A program made the position numbers and the translations under genes. This document shows, one piece after another, positions 48,354 through 58,700 of a DNA stretch of 64,000 nt. How positions within the stretch are numbered: the first letter of the stretch is position 1; the number at the start of each line of letters is the position of its first letter. The notes under the pieces are model-generated. The model saw only the letters and a list, made by a program, of their open reading frames with translations, was not told where the DNA came from and ran no database searches. Source of the stretch: Deltaproteobacteria bacterium (GTDB lineage: Bacteria; Myxococcota_A; Polyangia; Fen-1088); contig JANRKS010000040.1 in assembly GCA_033763315.1 (NCBI GenBank), forward strand, positions 96,001-160,000, written 5' to 3'.

Positions 48354-48857
48354 ATGCCAATGGGACGCGTGCTTTATTCACAAGATGGCGGCCTGCATAC
48401 ACTGCGGTACGTGGGCGAAATCAAATACCCCATTGCCCCTTCCATAGACAAATTCGTTAAAACGTTGATTCAGAACAACGCGATCGACGACCTGGTGGTG
48501 GATTTGACCGAAACCGATTCCATCGACAGCACGAATTTGGGGGAGCTCGCGCGGATTGCGCTGCGGCTGCGGGAACAGGGGCGCCGCAAGCCAGTGATCG
48601 TGTCGCCGCAAACCTCGATCAATCACCTTTTGCGCAGCATGGCGCTCGATGAGGTCTTCGAGTTAACCGTGCAAGTCCAACCGTTTGATGGCGACGACAT
48701 CCCCACCGACGTGGAGACGACGCGCGAGGAGTTGGCCGCCGTGATGTTGGAATCGCACAAGAGCCTTGCGCAAATGGGCGAAGCCAACCGCCAAAAGTTT
48801 TGCGACGTGATTGCGTTGTTGGAAAAGGACGCCAACAAGCCACGCGGCCACAGCTAG
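48354..48857 (+). CDS. STAS-domain anti-sigma factor antagonist
   Basis: VDLTETDSIDSTNLG phospho-Ser motif; directly follows the PP2C gene. Confidence 0.9.
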   Translation: MPMGRVLYSQDGGLHTLRYVGEIKYPIAPSIDKFVKTLIQNNAIDDLVVDLTETDSIDSTNLGELARIALRLREQGRRKPVIVSPQTSINHLLRSMALDEVFELTVQVQPFDGDDIPTDVETTREELAAVMLESHKSLAQMGEANRQKFCDVIALLEKDANKPRGHS

Positions 48858-48858
48858 G

Positions 48859-49788
48859 TCACGAATCCAATAAGCCGAACTGCCGCTTGTAGCGCGCAAA
48901 ACAGCGTTCACCCGCGCGTAAACGCATCAACGCGCCCTCGGCCAGCGCGCGCGCCACGTGTGGATCGCCTGCGACCAGGGGACGCAGCACTTCGCGATTC
49001 CAGGAAAGCGAGTGCTGCACATCCAAAGTGGCGTGCAACGCAAAATACTTCCGTGCCACCGGCTCAACTTGCAAACGCTTGAGCCCTGCATTCACCAACG
49101 CCGCCCGCCCAGGCGCGGTCAACTCGATCACGCCCAGCGCACCCACGCTATGAAAAGCAAATCGCCGGTTGCACGCAAACGCGGCCATCAGGTTGCTCAG
49201 CGCGAGCGCCTCCCATACCACCTGGGAGGCGGGCAGCTTCACATCCAAGGCCCGCGCCAATTTTTCAAGCAGAGGTCCATGCATGGCCATCTGGTGCCCC
49301 TGCCCCATCTCATCCCAAAAATTGCGCGCCATCTCCAACTTCACCATGGGTGGCATCTTCACTTGCGTGAGCGCCAACAAATCCTCGAAGCCAGCTTCGC
49401 CGGCCACCTCTTGCCCCAAAAACCAACGTATCTGTTCAAGCGATGCGTGCTCCGCCAGCCAGGGGAACAACGGATCGTTTTGCCCGGGGCCTATTCGCTT
49501 TAGCTCCTCGAACCAAGCGACGAACGCATCCGGATGCGTGGGCGCCGCTGCGGCTCCTGCGGCCACCGACATGCGTTCTCGTTCCAAAAAGGCCGCTTCT
49601 TCGCGGCGTAGATGAAGCTCACGTGCCACATCCAAGGAGGTTTCTGCGCGGCTTGGCAAACAGGGCCGCAAGCGAAACTCGTTGAGTTCTTGCAACGCCT
49701 GCTGTAACGCCTGCGTAGCATCATGGGGGAGCAAAGGCTCGGGACGGTGATTTAAGTTCGCGGATAGCAGCATCGCGACCGTGAACAT
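48859..49788 (-). CDS. Heme-oxygenase-like diiron (iron-containing redox) enzyme
   Basis: NFWDEMG..MHGP, IELTAP, YFALHATLDVQH E/H ligand pattern. Start at 49788 or 49773. Confidence 0.88.
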   Translation of the reverse strand: MFTVAMLLSANLNHRPEPLLPHDATQALQQALQELNEFRLRPCLPSRAETSLDVARELHLRREEAAFLERERMSVAAGAAAAPTHPDAFVAWFEELKRIGPGQNDPLFPWLAEHASLEQIRWFLGQEVAGEAGFEDLLALTQVKMPPMVKLEMARNFWDEMGQGHQMAMHGPLLEKLARALDVKLPASQVVWEALALSNLMAAFACNRRFAFHSVGALGVIELTAPGRAALVNAGLKRLQVEPVARKYFALHATLDVQHSLSWNREVLRPLVAGDPHVARALAEGALMRLRAGERCFARYKRQFGLLDS

Positions 49789-49869
49789 CAAACGCTGTGC
49801 CAAGTCCTCGCGAAGCGGTCGTCTTTCGGGCCACGCCCCCCTGCCACTTCGTTTGGTAAGATAGAATCC

Positions 49870-51174
49870 ATGCGCGTGTTGGGCGTTGGCGACTCTTGCG
49901 ATCTGGGCGACCTCTATGTTCGTTTGCAGGCGCAAGGGCATCAGGTGCGCGTGCGCTTAAATGATCCGGATTCTAAGGACGTCTTTACGGGCTTGCTGGA
50001 ACACAGCCACGCGTCTTGGGCCGACGACCTCGCGTGGGTGGGCAAACGCGATGGCGGTGGCGTCCTGCTGTTTGAGGGGGTTGGGCAAGGGGAACGGCAG
50101 TCACAACTGCGGCGCGACGGCTACCTCGTGGTCGGCGGCAGCGCTTGGGCCGATCGCCTGGAGATCGACCGCGCGCACGGGCAAGCGATGCTGCGCAAGC
50201 TAGGCTTGCCAATCGCGCATCATCACGAGTTCCATAACTTCGACGCCGCCATCGAGCTCGTGCGCAAGACGCGCAAGCGTTATGTGCTGAAGTTCAGTGG
50301 TTCTGGTTTCTCTTCCACGCGTAGCTACGTTGGGTGTTTGCCCGATGGCAGCGACATGGTGGCCAGGCTCACGCAACAACGCAACCATTGGACGCTGTCC
50401 GAGGCACCACACATCGTACTTATGGAGCATCTGCAGGGCGTTGAGGTGGGCGTGGGCGCGTGGTTCAACGGGCACGAGTTCGTGCGGCCCGCAAACATCG
50501 ACTGGGAACACAAACGCTTCTTTGCAGGCGATCTCGGTGAGCTCACCGGTGAGATGGGCACTGTGGTCTCCTATCGCCACGCCGATAAGTTGTTTCAAGC
50601 CACGCTTGCGGGCATCGAGCCGTACCTGCGCGAGATGCATCACGTGGGATACATCAACTTAAACATGATCGTGAACGAGGCGGGCACGTGGCCACTTGAA
50701 TTCACATGTCGTTTTGGCTACCCAGGCTTTGCCGTTTTGAGCGCACTGCACGCGGAGCCATGGGACGCCACGCTCTTGCGCTTATTACACAGGCACACGC
50801 CGGTGCTGCCCACACACCCCGGCTTTGCCGTGGGCGTTGTGCTAACCGTGCCACCGTTTCCCTATCCTGATGGATACGAACGGTTGTCCAAGGGCATGCC
50901 GATTTGCTTTGCAAGCGATCTCAACGACGAAGACCGCACGTTCTTGCACTACGGCGAAGTCGCGCAAGCCCACGGCCAACTCGTGACCGCTGGGCAAATC
51001 GGCTACATCATGGTGGTGACGGGCCGGGGGGAAACCATCCAGGACGCCCAAAATGCCGCGTACGCGCTCGTGCGAAAAGTGGCCATCCCCAACGTTCGCT
51101 ATCGAACGGACATCGGCACGCGGCTGATAAACAGCGATTACCAAAATTTGCAAGCGCTTGGTTGGTTGCCTTAA
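49870..51174 (+). CDS. PurD-like ATP-grasp ligase (non-canonical)
   Basis: LEIDRAHG, YVLK, EHKRFFAGDLGELTGEMG, LEFTCRFGYP, RYRTDIG. Lacks the GSGGREH N-terminal motif of PurD. Confidence 0.85.
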   Translation: MRVLGVGDSCDLGDLYVRLQAQGHQVRVRLNDPDSKDVFTGLLEHSHASWADDLAWVGKRDGGGVLLFEGVGQGERQSQLRRDGYLVVGGSAWADRLEIDRAHGQAMLRKLGLPIAHHHEFHNFDAAIELVRKTRKRYVLKFSGSGFSSTRSYVGCLPDGSDMVARLTQQRNHWTLSEAPHIVLMEHLQGVEVGVGAWFNGHEFVRPANIDWEHKRFFAGDLGELTGEMGTVVSYRHADKLFQATLAGIEPYLREMHHVGYINLNMIVNEAGTWPLEFTCRFGYPGFAVLSALHAEPWDATLLRLLHRHTPVLPTHPGFAVGVVLTVPPFPYPDGYERLSKGMPICFASDLNDEDRTFLHYGEVAQAHGQLVTAGQIGYIMVVTGRGETIQDAQNAAYALVRKVAIPNVRYRTDIGTRLINSDYQNLQALGWLP

Positions 51175-51184
51175 CGGAGCCGAT

Positions 51185-52087
51185 TCACCCCACGGTGGCC
51201 GTCAACCACACCACAGCGATGCGTTCCGCGCCTGCATAGATCGGACGTGACAACTCCTCCCCAAACACATCGGGATCGAGCTCTTCGTAACTCGACACCA
51301 CGCCGGGCCGCGCGAGCAGTGGCTGCAGGCCCCGCCACAACGTGTCTTCGCCGTTGACCATGGTCGCGCCGGTGTACAAACATAGACGGCCGCCGAGTGG
51401 CAGGCGTTCAAGCGATTGACCCACGATTTTGAGTGCCAACGCTTCACCGAAAGATCCGCCGCCGTCGCGATACGTACGACGGCGTTCGTCACGCAAATAG
51501 GGCGGGTTGCAAATCACGCAATCGATGGGGCCTTTGATTTGTGCGAGCCCGTCGCTCTGCACGAACTCCACGTTTTCGACCTCCGCCAAAGCAGCGTTGA
51601 CCCGCGCGAAGGCCAACGCCTTCGTGGAGATGTCGGAGAGCACCAAAGCTTGACCCGGTTTGACGGCCACGATGCCGCCTGCCCCGGTGCCGCAGCCCAC
51701 ATCCACCAAGCGCCCTCGGCCCGTATCCGCACGTTCAAGCGCACGACAAAAGCGATACGTGTCTGGGCCTAAAAATACGGCGTCCACGTCGTGCGTGGGA
51801 TAGGACGAATGCGCAAATAGATAGGGCCCCAAAGACGAAAAGCGGACTCCACTGCGCAGGCCTTGCGGTGTTTCAAGCAAAGCCCCCGCCGCTGCAAGCG
51901 ACGAGACGATGCCCACCGGCAAGAGCTCTTTGGCGAACGGGCGGTTCCATCCAAACACGTCTCGCAGCGTTTGCGCCACCGGCGTGGCCCGCGCATTCAC
52001 CCGCTTGTGCGTTTCCGGGGTGACCGTAACAAACTGATAACGCTCTTGCCTAAGCCATCGCCCCACCTCCACCAACGCTTGTTCCAT
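51185..52087 (-). CDS. Class I SAM-dependent methyltransferase (HemK-like, NPPY)
   Basis: TVTPETH, VFLGPDTYRF, DVGCGTGAG, NPPY, ELDPDVFGEEL. Confidence 0.9.
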   Translation of the reverse strand: MEQALVEVGRWLRQERYQFVTVTPETHKRVNARATPVAQTLRDVFGWNRPFAKELLPVGIVSSLAAAGALLETPQGLRSGVRFSSLGPYLFAHSSYPTHDVDAVFLGPDTYRFCRALERADTGRGRLVDVGCGTGAGGIVAVKPGQALVLSDISTKALAFARVNAALAEVENVEFVQSDGLAQIKGPIDCVICNPPYLRDERRRTYRDGGGSFGEALALKIVGQSLERLPLGGRLCLYTGATMVNGEDTLWRGLQPLLARPGVVSSYEELDPDVFGEELSRPIYAGAERIAVVWLTATVG

Positions 52088-52141
52088 GCCAACAAATTAC
52101 CTCAAGTGGCGCGTGCAAGCTTTAGGCGATATGCCACTTTC

Positions 52142-52852
52142 ATGCGAATCACATCTCCTGCTCTTCGTTTGCTCGCCTTGCTTACGCTTCCCGCCTGCGC
52201 CCACGGCATGCACCACGGCCCGAGCGAAGGCCCCACCATCACGGCGTCCGGCGACGGCAAAGCCTCAGGCGCTCCCGACCAAGCGTTGATCGTTGTGGCG
52301 GCACTTGCCGAAAGCAAAGACGCCAGCACCGCCGCTGGGGAAAGCGCCCGCGTGGCCACGCAGATCATCGAAGCCGCCAAAGCCATCGTCGGTGGCCAGG
52401 GGTCTGTAAGAACGACGGCCTACAGCTTGAACCCTGTGTACGACTTCATTGATGGCAAACAATCGATGCGGGCGTACCAAGCGCGCAACGCCATCACTGT
52501 GGAACTGTGGGCCACGAAGGATGTGGGCGCTGTGATCGATGGGGCGGTGAAAGCCGGCGCCCTGGAAGTTTCGTCGATCACGTTCGGCGTGCGCGACAAC
52601 GCAAAGCTGCGACAAGCGGCGATCGCGCAGGCGTCGCAAGCGGCGATGCGCGAAGCCACCGCTGCCGCACAAGCTTTGGGTCTGCGCGTGGGCAAAGTGC
52701 GCACGATTGCCGTTGGCTCTTCGTCGGGCGTGGTGCCCATGCCGATGGCAAAGTTCGCGCGCGCCGACATGGCCCAAAGCGCCACACCTGTGGAAGCGGG
52801 CGCTGTTGATGTCACGGCCTCAGTGTCGATCGAGGCGCATCTCGAAAAATAG
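52142..52852 (+). CDS. SIMPL (DUF541/YggE) domain lipoprotein
   Basis: LPAC lipobox, ITASGDG..APD, YSLNPVY, EAGAVDVTASV. Confidence 0.9.
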   Translation: MRITSPALRLLALLTLPACAHGMHHGPSEGPTITASGDGKASGAPDQALIVVAALAESKDASTAAGESARVATQIIEAAKAIVGGQGSVRTTAYSLNPVYDFIDGKQSMRAYQARNAITVELWATKDVGAVIDGAVKAGALEVSSITFGVRDNAKLRQAAIAQASQAAMREATAAAQALGLRVGKVRTIAVGSSSGVVPMPMAKFARADMAQSATPVEAGAVDVTASVSIEAHLEK

Positions 52853-52860
52853 GGGCGTTG

Positions 52861-53934
52861 TTACTGTGGCGCCGTGTAACCACGCCACGCCCACACGAGC
52901 GTGTCAGCCATAGTCAGATCAAACACGCGGTCGTCGCAATGTTTCGATTCTAGGCTGAACACGTAACGGTAATGATAGCCCGCCGCCTGCAATGCGGCGG
53001 CGGTGCGCTCGTTGGCCATCGGCCAGTTGTGGTGTTTCTCCTCGGGCGAGGTGGCGCCCAGATCGTGTTCAGACGCATGCACAAACACACGCAGTGGTTT
53101 GCGAGGCGTCGTCTCGATGAGCTTGCCGCCCGAGTGATATTCCCACGCCCCCAGGGGATACGTGGCCTCTTCCGGAGCGTCATCGTCCTGTTGATCCACC
53201 AGCGTGGCTGAGTAGGCAATCACGCGGCGAAAGAGATCAGGGCGAAACCAAGCCATCGATAAGGCCGCCGCGCCGCCTGAGCTGCAGCCAAAGGCGCCGC
53301 GCCCCCACGGATCGTCTGTAAGAGCGAACTTGGGGTAGGCCGCGCGGATCTCAGGATTCGCAAGCACCGCGGGCACAACTTCGTCGTTGATGAAGTTGGC
53401 AAGACGCGGCGACATCGTGTCGTATTCTAAGCCGCGTTCACTGCCCTTGCTGTCCGATCCGCCGTTGGCCACGGCGATCAACACAAGCGCGGGCAACCTG
53501 CGGTTCGGATCTTTTGATGTCGAAAGGTTATCGACGGCGCGGCTCATACGTCCCAAGGGGCCGGGCCCATCGTGCACGATCAAGAAAGGCGCGCGCGTGC
53601 CATCTTTGTACGTGGCTGGCACATAAACAAAGATCTTGCGGCTAAACGGGTGCTGGTGCTCTGGTTTCAAAGTCAGATCTTCGCCGCGGAAGATGTGGCT
53701 GTCGCGTGACTCCATCGTGAATTCAAACCGCTGGCCCTGCGGTGCACCCTTATCGGTTAGATCGGGATCGATCGGGAAATCGGGTCCCACCTTAAAGTTG
53801 CCGTCGCCCAGGCTGCTCACATCCGCCATGGCGGGCGGCGGCGTGGGTGCAGGCGCGGCGGAAATGACAGCGGCGTCTTGGTGCCGGCACGCACCCAGGG
53901 CCAAGGCAATGCAGAACAGTATTGAGTTTTTCAT
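52861..53934 (-). CDS. Putative esterase (Fes-like alpha/beta hydrolase), lipoprotein
   Basis: LGAC lipobox, VYVPATY, ERGLEYD, GCSSGG nucleophile motif. Confidence 0.85.
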   Translation of the reverse strand: MKNSILFCIALALGACRHQDAAVISAAPAPTPPPAMADVSSLGDGNFKVGPDFPIDPDLTDKGAPQGQRFEFTMESRDSHIFRGEDLTLKPEHQHPFSRKIFVYVPATYKDGTRAPFLIVHDGPGPLGRMSRAVDNLSTSKDPNRRLPALVLIAVANGGSDSKGSERGLEYDTMSPRLANFINDEVVPAVLANPEIRAAYPKFALTDDPWGRGAFGCSSGGAAALSMAWFRPDLFRRVIAYSATLVDQQDDDAPEEATYPLGAWEYHSGGKLIETTPRKPLRVFVHASEHDLGATSPEEKHHNWPMANERTAAALQAAGYHYRYVFSLESKHCDDRVFDLTMADTLVWAWRGYTAPQ

Positions 53935-53945
53935 AAGCTCACTGG

Positions 53946-55616
53946 CTAACGTAAAGCGCGGCGCAAGACCTTGCCCACAGGCGTTTTCGGCAATTCTTTG
54001 CGAAATTCGACGAACTTCGGAACTTTATATCCGGCGAGGCTTTCGCGGCAAAACTCGATCAAGGCCTGTTCGGTCAGGCTCTCATCCTTCTTGACCACCA
54101 CAACTTTGACCACTTCACCTGATTTCTCATCGGGTACGCCAATCGCTCCGACCTCAAGCACGCCCGGGTGCTTGGCAACCACCTCTTCCACCTCGTTTGG
54201 ATAAACGTTGAAGCCCGACACGAGGATCATGTCTTTTTTGCGGTCAACAATGCGGAAGAAACCGTCAGGCTCCATAACCGCAATGTCGCCTGTGTAGAGC
54301 CAGCCGTCGTGCATCACCTTGGCTGTTTCATCGTCGCGCTTCCAATATCCCTTCATCACCTGAGGCCCCGAAACAACAAGTTCACCGGGTTGCCCTTGCA
54401 CGGCCGGTTGGCCTTCTTCGTTCACCAACCGTATATCGGTGCTCGGGAACGGCAAGCCGATGGTGCCGATCCGATCGGTTCCATCCACCGGGTTGCAACA
54501 CACAACCGGAGAGGCTTCCGTGAGGCCAAAGCCTTCGATGATGGTGGACTTTGTAAGCTGCTTCCAACGTTCAGCCACAGGGCGCTGCAAAGCCATCGCG
54601 CCCGCCACGGTGATTTTCACTTGCTTGAAATCAATTTCGCCAAAGCCCGGCTGGTTCATCAAAGCGTTCAGCAGCGTGCTGACGGCGGTCAACACGGTGA
54701 AGCGCTCCTTTTGCAGCAATTTCACAAACGCAGGAAAATCGCGAGGGTTGGTGACCAAAATGTTCTTGGCGCCATAGCGCATGAACAACAAGCAGTTCAC
54801 CGTCAAGGAAAACACGTGGTAAAGCGGCAGCGGTGTTACCACGATCTCTTCGCCTTCCACAAAGCGCGGCGCCATCCAAGCGGCCGATTGCTCCATGTTG
54901 GCGATCACGTTGCGATGGCTCAACATCGCGCCCTTGGCAACACCCGTGGTGCCTCCTGTGTATTGCAAGAACGCCAAATCCTCGGCATCCATCGCCACGT
55001 CGGGCATCGGTTCATGCGACGCACCTTTGGATAAGGCGTCGCGAAACTGAATCGAACCTTCGATCGCAAACGGGGGCACCAGCTTCTTCACGTACTTGAC
55101 CGCAGCGTTGATCAACACCCGTTTGACGGTGGGGAACAAGTCGCCCAGCTCCGTCACGATCACCTTCGGTGGCACGCCACCTTCACCCAAGGCCGGCAGC
55201 ACGTCCTGCAGGTTGCGGGCGAAGTTCGCCATGATGACAACTGCCTTGACGCCCGCGTCTTTATACTGATGCTCCATCTCCCGGGCTGTGTAGAGCGGGT
55301 TTGTGTTGACCACCACAAGCCCAGCGCGCAAGGCGCCGAACAGCGCCACCGGGTACTGCAGGATGTTTGGCATCTGCAAGCCGATGCGATCACCTTTGGC
55401 CAGGCCCAAGTCTTTGCGCAAATACGCGGCAAACTGAGCGCTTAGTTCATCGACCTGTTTGAACGTCAACGTGACGCCCATGTTGGTGAAGCACGGGCGC
55501 TCAGCGAAACGTTCGCACGTTTGTTTCACCACTTCCGGAATCGAGCGATAGCGGCCGGGATCGATGTCCGTAGGCACACCTTTGGGGTAACTCTTGTGCC
55601 AAACACGAGGTTCCAT
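53946..55616 (-). CDS. fadD: Long-chain fatty-acid--CoA ligase
   Basis: YTGGTTGVAKG, EGFGLTE, TGD, DRKKDMILVSGFNVYP, PKTPVGK. Confidence 0.95.
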   Translation of the reverse strand: MEPRVWHKSYPKGVPTDIDPGRYRSIPEVVKQTCERFAERPCFTNMGVTLTFKQVDELSAQFAAYLRKDLGLAKGDRIGLQMPNILQYPVALFGALRAGLVVVNTNPLYTAREMEHQYKDAGVKAVVIMANFARNLQDVLPALGEGGVPPKVIVTELGDLFPTVKRVLINAAVKYVKKLVPPFAIEGSIQFRDALSKGASHEPMPDVAMDAEDLAFLQYTGGTTGVAKGAMLSHRNVIANMEQSAAWMAPRFVEGEEIVVTPLPLYHVFSLTVNCLLFMRYGAKNILVTNPRDFPAFVKLLQKERFTVLTAVSTLLNALMNQPGFGEIDFKQVKITVAGAMALQRPVAERWKQLTKSTIIEGFGLTEASPVVCCNPVDGTDRIGTIGLPFPSTDIRLVNEEGQPAVQGQPGELVVSGPQVMKGYWKRDDETAKVMHDGWLYTGDIAVMEPDGFFRIVDRKKDMILVSGFNVYPNEVEEVVAKHPGVLEVGAIGVPDEKSGEVVKVVVVKKDESLTEQALIEFCRESLAGYKVPKFVEFRKELPKTPVGKVLRRALR

Positions 55617-55738
55617 CGGCACAGTATCGCCGGGATGCGGCACGAACGCATCTGGAAATTTTTTAAGCGACGCCGGCGGTTGCCTCGACCGGCGAAGATC
55701 GACTCACGGCGAGCGTGGCCGGCACGGGCACGCTCGCG

Positions 55739-58700
55739 CTAAACAGCGACCCGAGTCGAGGCCGAACCATCCACGTCGCGCAAAAGCTCGAAGAGCCTGC
55801 GGTGGTCGGGGATCTGCAGAAAGGAGGCGGCGAGGGTCGGGTCGTCGATGTCGTGGGCTTGCGCTTGAACACGCTGGGCAACGGCCACCAGAATGTCTCG
55901 CGCGGCCGCATTTTGACCGCTCGCCAGCAGCGCCTCCACGTGCACCAAGCGCAAGAACACTTCGCGCTCCTCAGGCGCGACGCCGTCATCATCGATCAGG
56001 CGCCGGGCTTGATCAGCCAACTGTAAACCGGCGGGCACGTTGTTTTGCATCAGTTCCGCCTTGGCGGCCAACGCCAGCGCATAAGGCCGAATGGGCAGCA
56101 CCAGTTTTGGATCGGCAATGAATGGTTGCACGAACGGCCAGGCATCTTTCGGCTGGCCCCTAAGCAGCGCCAAATGCGCTTTATAGAGCCCCACGCTCAG
56201 CGCCAACCAGTTTACGCCGCGGCCGGCAAAGCGTTGTCCCGCGCGCTCCAACATCGTTGCGGCCTCATCCAAGTGGCCTTCGGCCATATGAATGACGGCG
56301 GCGTTGCCTTCTGCCAAACCCTCGAATAGATCCGAGCGCAAGCGACGCGCACTCGCGATTCCCTCACTTACGTATCGCTTGGCTTCGGCGTAACTTCCGC
56401 AGTCGCTCATCATGTTCAACATGAGAATGCGGGGGTCCATTTTCGAGACCTCATCGTCGAGAGGGGCGACCTGCTCAAAGCATCGTTTGTAGCAACGCAG
56501 GGCCTTGCCGAGTCGCCCCATACGACGTTCGTAGGAGCCGCGGACCGCCAATAGGCGCGAGCGCGTGATGGGGTGAAGCCGTTCCGCATTTTCACGTTCC
56601 GCTTCAACCAGCAGCGCTTCGGCCCGATCGCAAAGCCCCACGCCCAGCAGGCCTCCTGCAATGGACGAAAGCGCCAACGTGCGGTCATCCACCGCCGCGG
56701 TATCGTAAGCTTGGGTTGTCAAAACACATTCGGCCAACCACAGCAGGTTTTCGGCGTCAGTGGACTCCCCGAAGATCCAGGCCGCACATTCAATGGCGCC
56801 ATACCAATCCGGTGAGCCCGAACGCAGAAAATTCATTGCCTCTTGCACGGGCGCCTGGCCCTCGGTCATTCGCCCCAGCCACCGCAAAGCCTTGGCCTCA
56901 AGCAAGCGCAGCCGCCCGCGCTGCATTGCCTCGGGTTTGAAGTCGAAAGCGCGGGTGGCAAATGAAACCGCGCCTTCCAGATCGCCCGCCGAAAAGGCTT
57001 GCACCGCCGCCGCCTCTGCCAGTGCACACGATCGCGGGGCATCAACCGCACGGCTCGCGTGCTCGAACAACAAGGACGGCGCCACATCTTCCAGCTCTTC
57101 AAGCCAACGCCCCGCCAAGCGGTGGCCCAACACCCGATCGCCGTCGGTCAAGGATTGATAAGCGGCCTCGCGCGTGAGCTCGTGCCAAAAACGAAACGAG
57201 GCGCCCGATTCAGCCAAAAGAATTTCTTCTTTCACCAAAAAGCCGAGCCAGCGATCCACTTCTACGGCGTCGTCCTCTCCCAGTAAGGGCAACAACGCAT
57301 CCCGCACAAACGTTCGGCCGTACACACTGGCGGCGCGCAAGATACGCCGGGCCGGCGGCGGTAGATCGTCAAGCCGCGCCTGCACCGTGCCGAGAACGGC
57401 CTCAGGAATCTTCGACCTGCCCCGCCGGCGCAGCGTTCGCGACAGTTCTTCAATGAAAAACGGGTTGCCTTCGGCGCGCTCCGCAACCCATTCCACGGCC
57501 GGAGCGGCGTCCGCCGGCAAGAGTTCCCGAATCAGAACCGTGGCGTCGCCGCTGCTCAATGGCAGCAGCGACCGCGTTTGCAAACCCCGCTCTTCCCACA
57601 TGCGTGGGTACGCTTGCCACAACGCCGGCCGCGCCAGAACAAGCACAAAACAGGCGCATGCACCCATGTGCGCGAACGCCCCCTCAAGGAGCTTCACTGA
57701 AGCGGCATCGGCCCACTGAAGATCATCGAGCAACAACACCAAGGGCAAACGCAGGCTGGCGATCTTGAACGCATCACCCAAGGCCAAGGCCGTTTGTTCC
57801 GCCATCACACGCGGGTCATTGCGCGAGGAGCGCAAAATCGATTCGGATTCCATCGTTGGCGCGGCGCCCACAAGCTCCGCCAAATACGTCACCGCCAAAG
57901 ATTTGCCGTCGTCGGGTTGTCCCGCTTGGAGGAACGTCTGCACAATCTCCCGGCGCAAACGGCGGGGCGTATCCTCGGCGATGCCAAGGCCGGCCATGGC
58001 CAGCTGACGTGCAAGACCAAACGGACGCGCCGTTTGCAACGAGTCGCCCTGTGCACGCCACAAACGATGCCGGTGGTGGTGGTGCCGCAGGTGCGAAAAC
58101 CATTCACTCGCCAAGCGGGTCTTTCCGACGCCCGCCTCTGCGATGTAAGCCACAAGTTTGGGAGGCTTGTTCGCGGCGAGCTCGGTAAAGTCACGTTCGA
58201 GCTGCTCAATATCGGCGTCGCGTCCAATGAACACACGTTCGGTGGAATTGACGATGATGGGCAAAGGTGTGGCATAGCTGTCGTCAACCAGCAACCACGC
58301 GTTGTTGTGGTTTCGCAGGGCGAAGCTGCGCGCCACCAGTGGCGCCATCTCTTCATCAACCGCCACATCTCCCGCGCAAAGTGCGGCCAGGCGCGCGCTG
58401 GTTTCATCAAGCAACTTGCCCAACGGCAGGCCTTGCCGCACCACCGCCTTCCCTAGCGCAATCGCCGTCATGGCCTCTGGCTTTTGTCGGCGCACCGCCA
58501 ACGCGCAACGAGCCGCCTTCGCCGCCAACTCGGAAGCGGTTACCTTTCCACTGCACGTCACAAGCAAGGTGCCGTCCAACAAAACGTTCGCCTGCGCGTC
58601 CAACTGGCCGAACGCGTCCAAGAGCGCCTTGGGCAACGCCGGCACACCAATCAGAATCTCCCGCGTTTCCCCCACAGCCGGCATGCTTGACGTGGACTGC

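Noticed and set aside
49787-49802. Near-sigma54 site TGGCACAGCGTTTGAT upstream of the HDO gene (minus strand)
   Set aside because: The -12 element is GA rather than GC and it overlaps a candidate start codon. Too weak to call.
49870-51174. Calling this gene purD
   Set aside because: Lacks the N-terminal GSGGREH motif and has no purine-operon context.
58068-58090. His run (HHHHRH) in the kinase ATPase domain
   Set aside because: Short run in a variable loop with no supporting metal-binding context.
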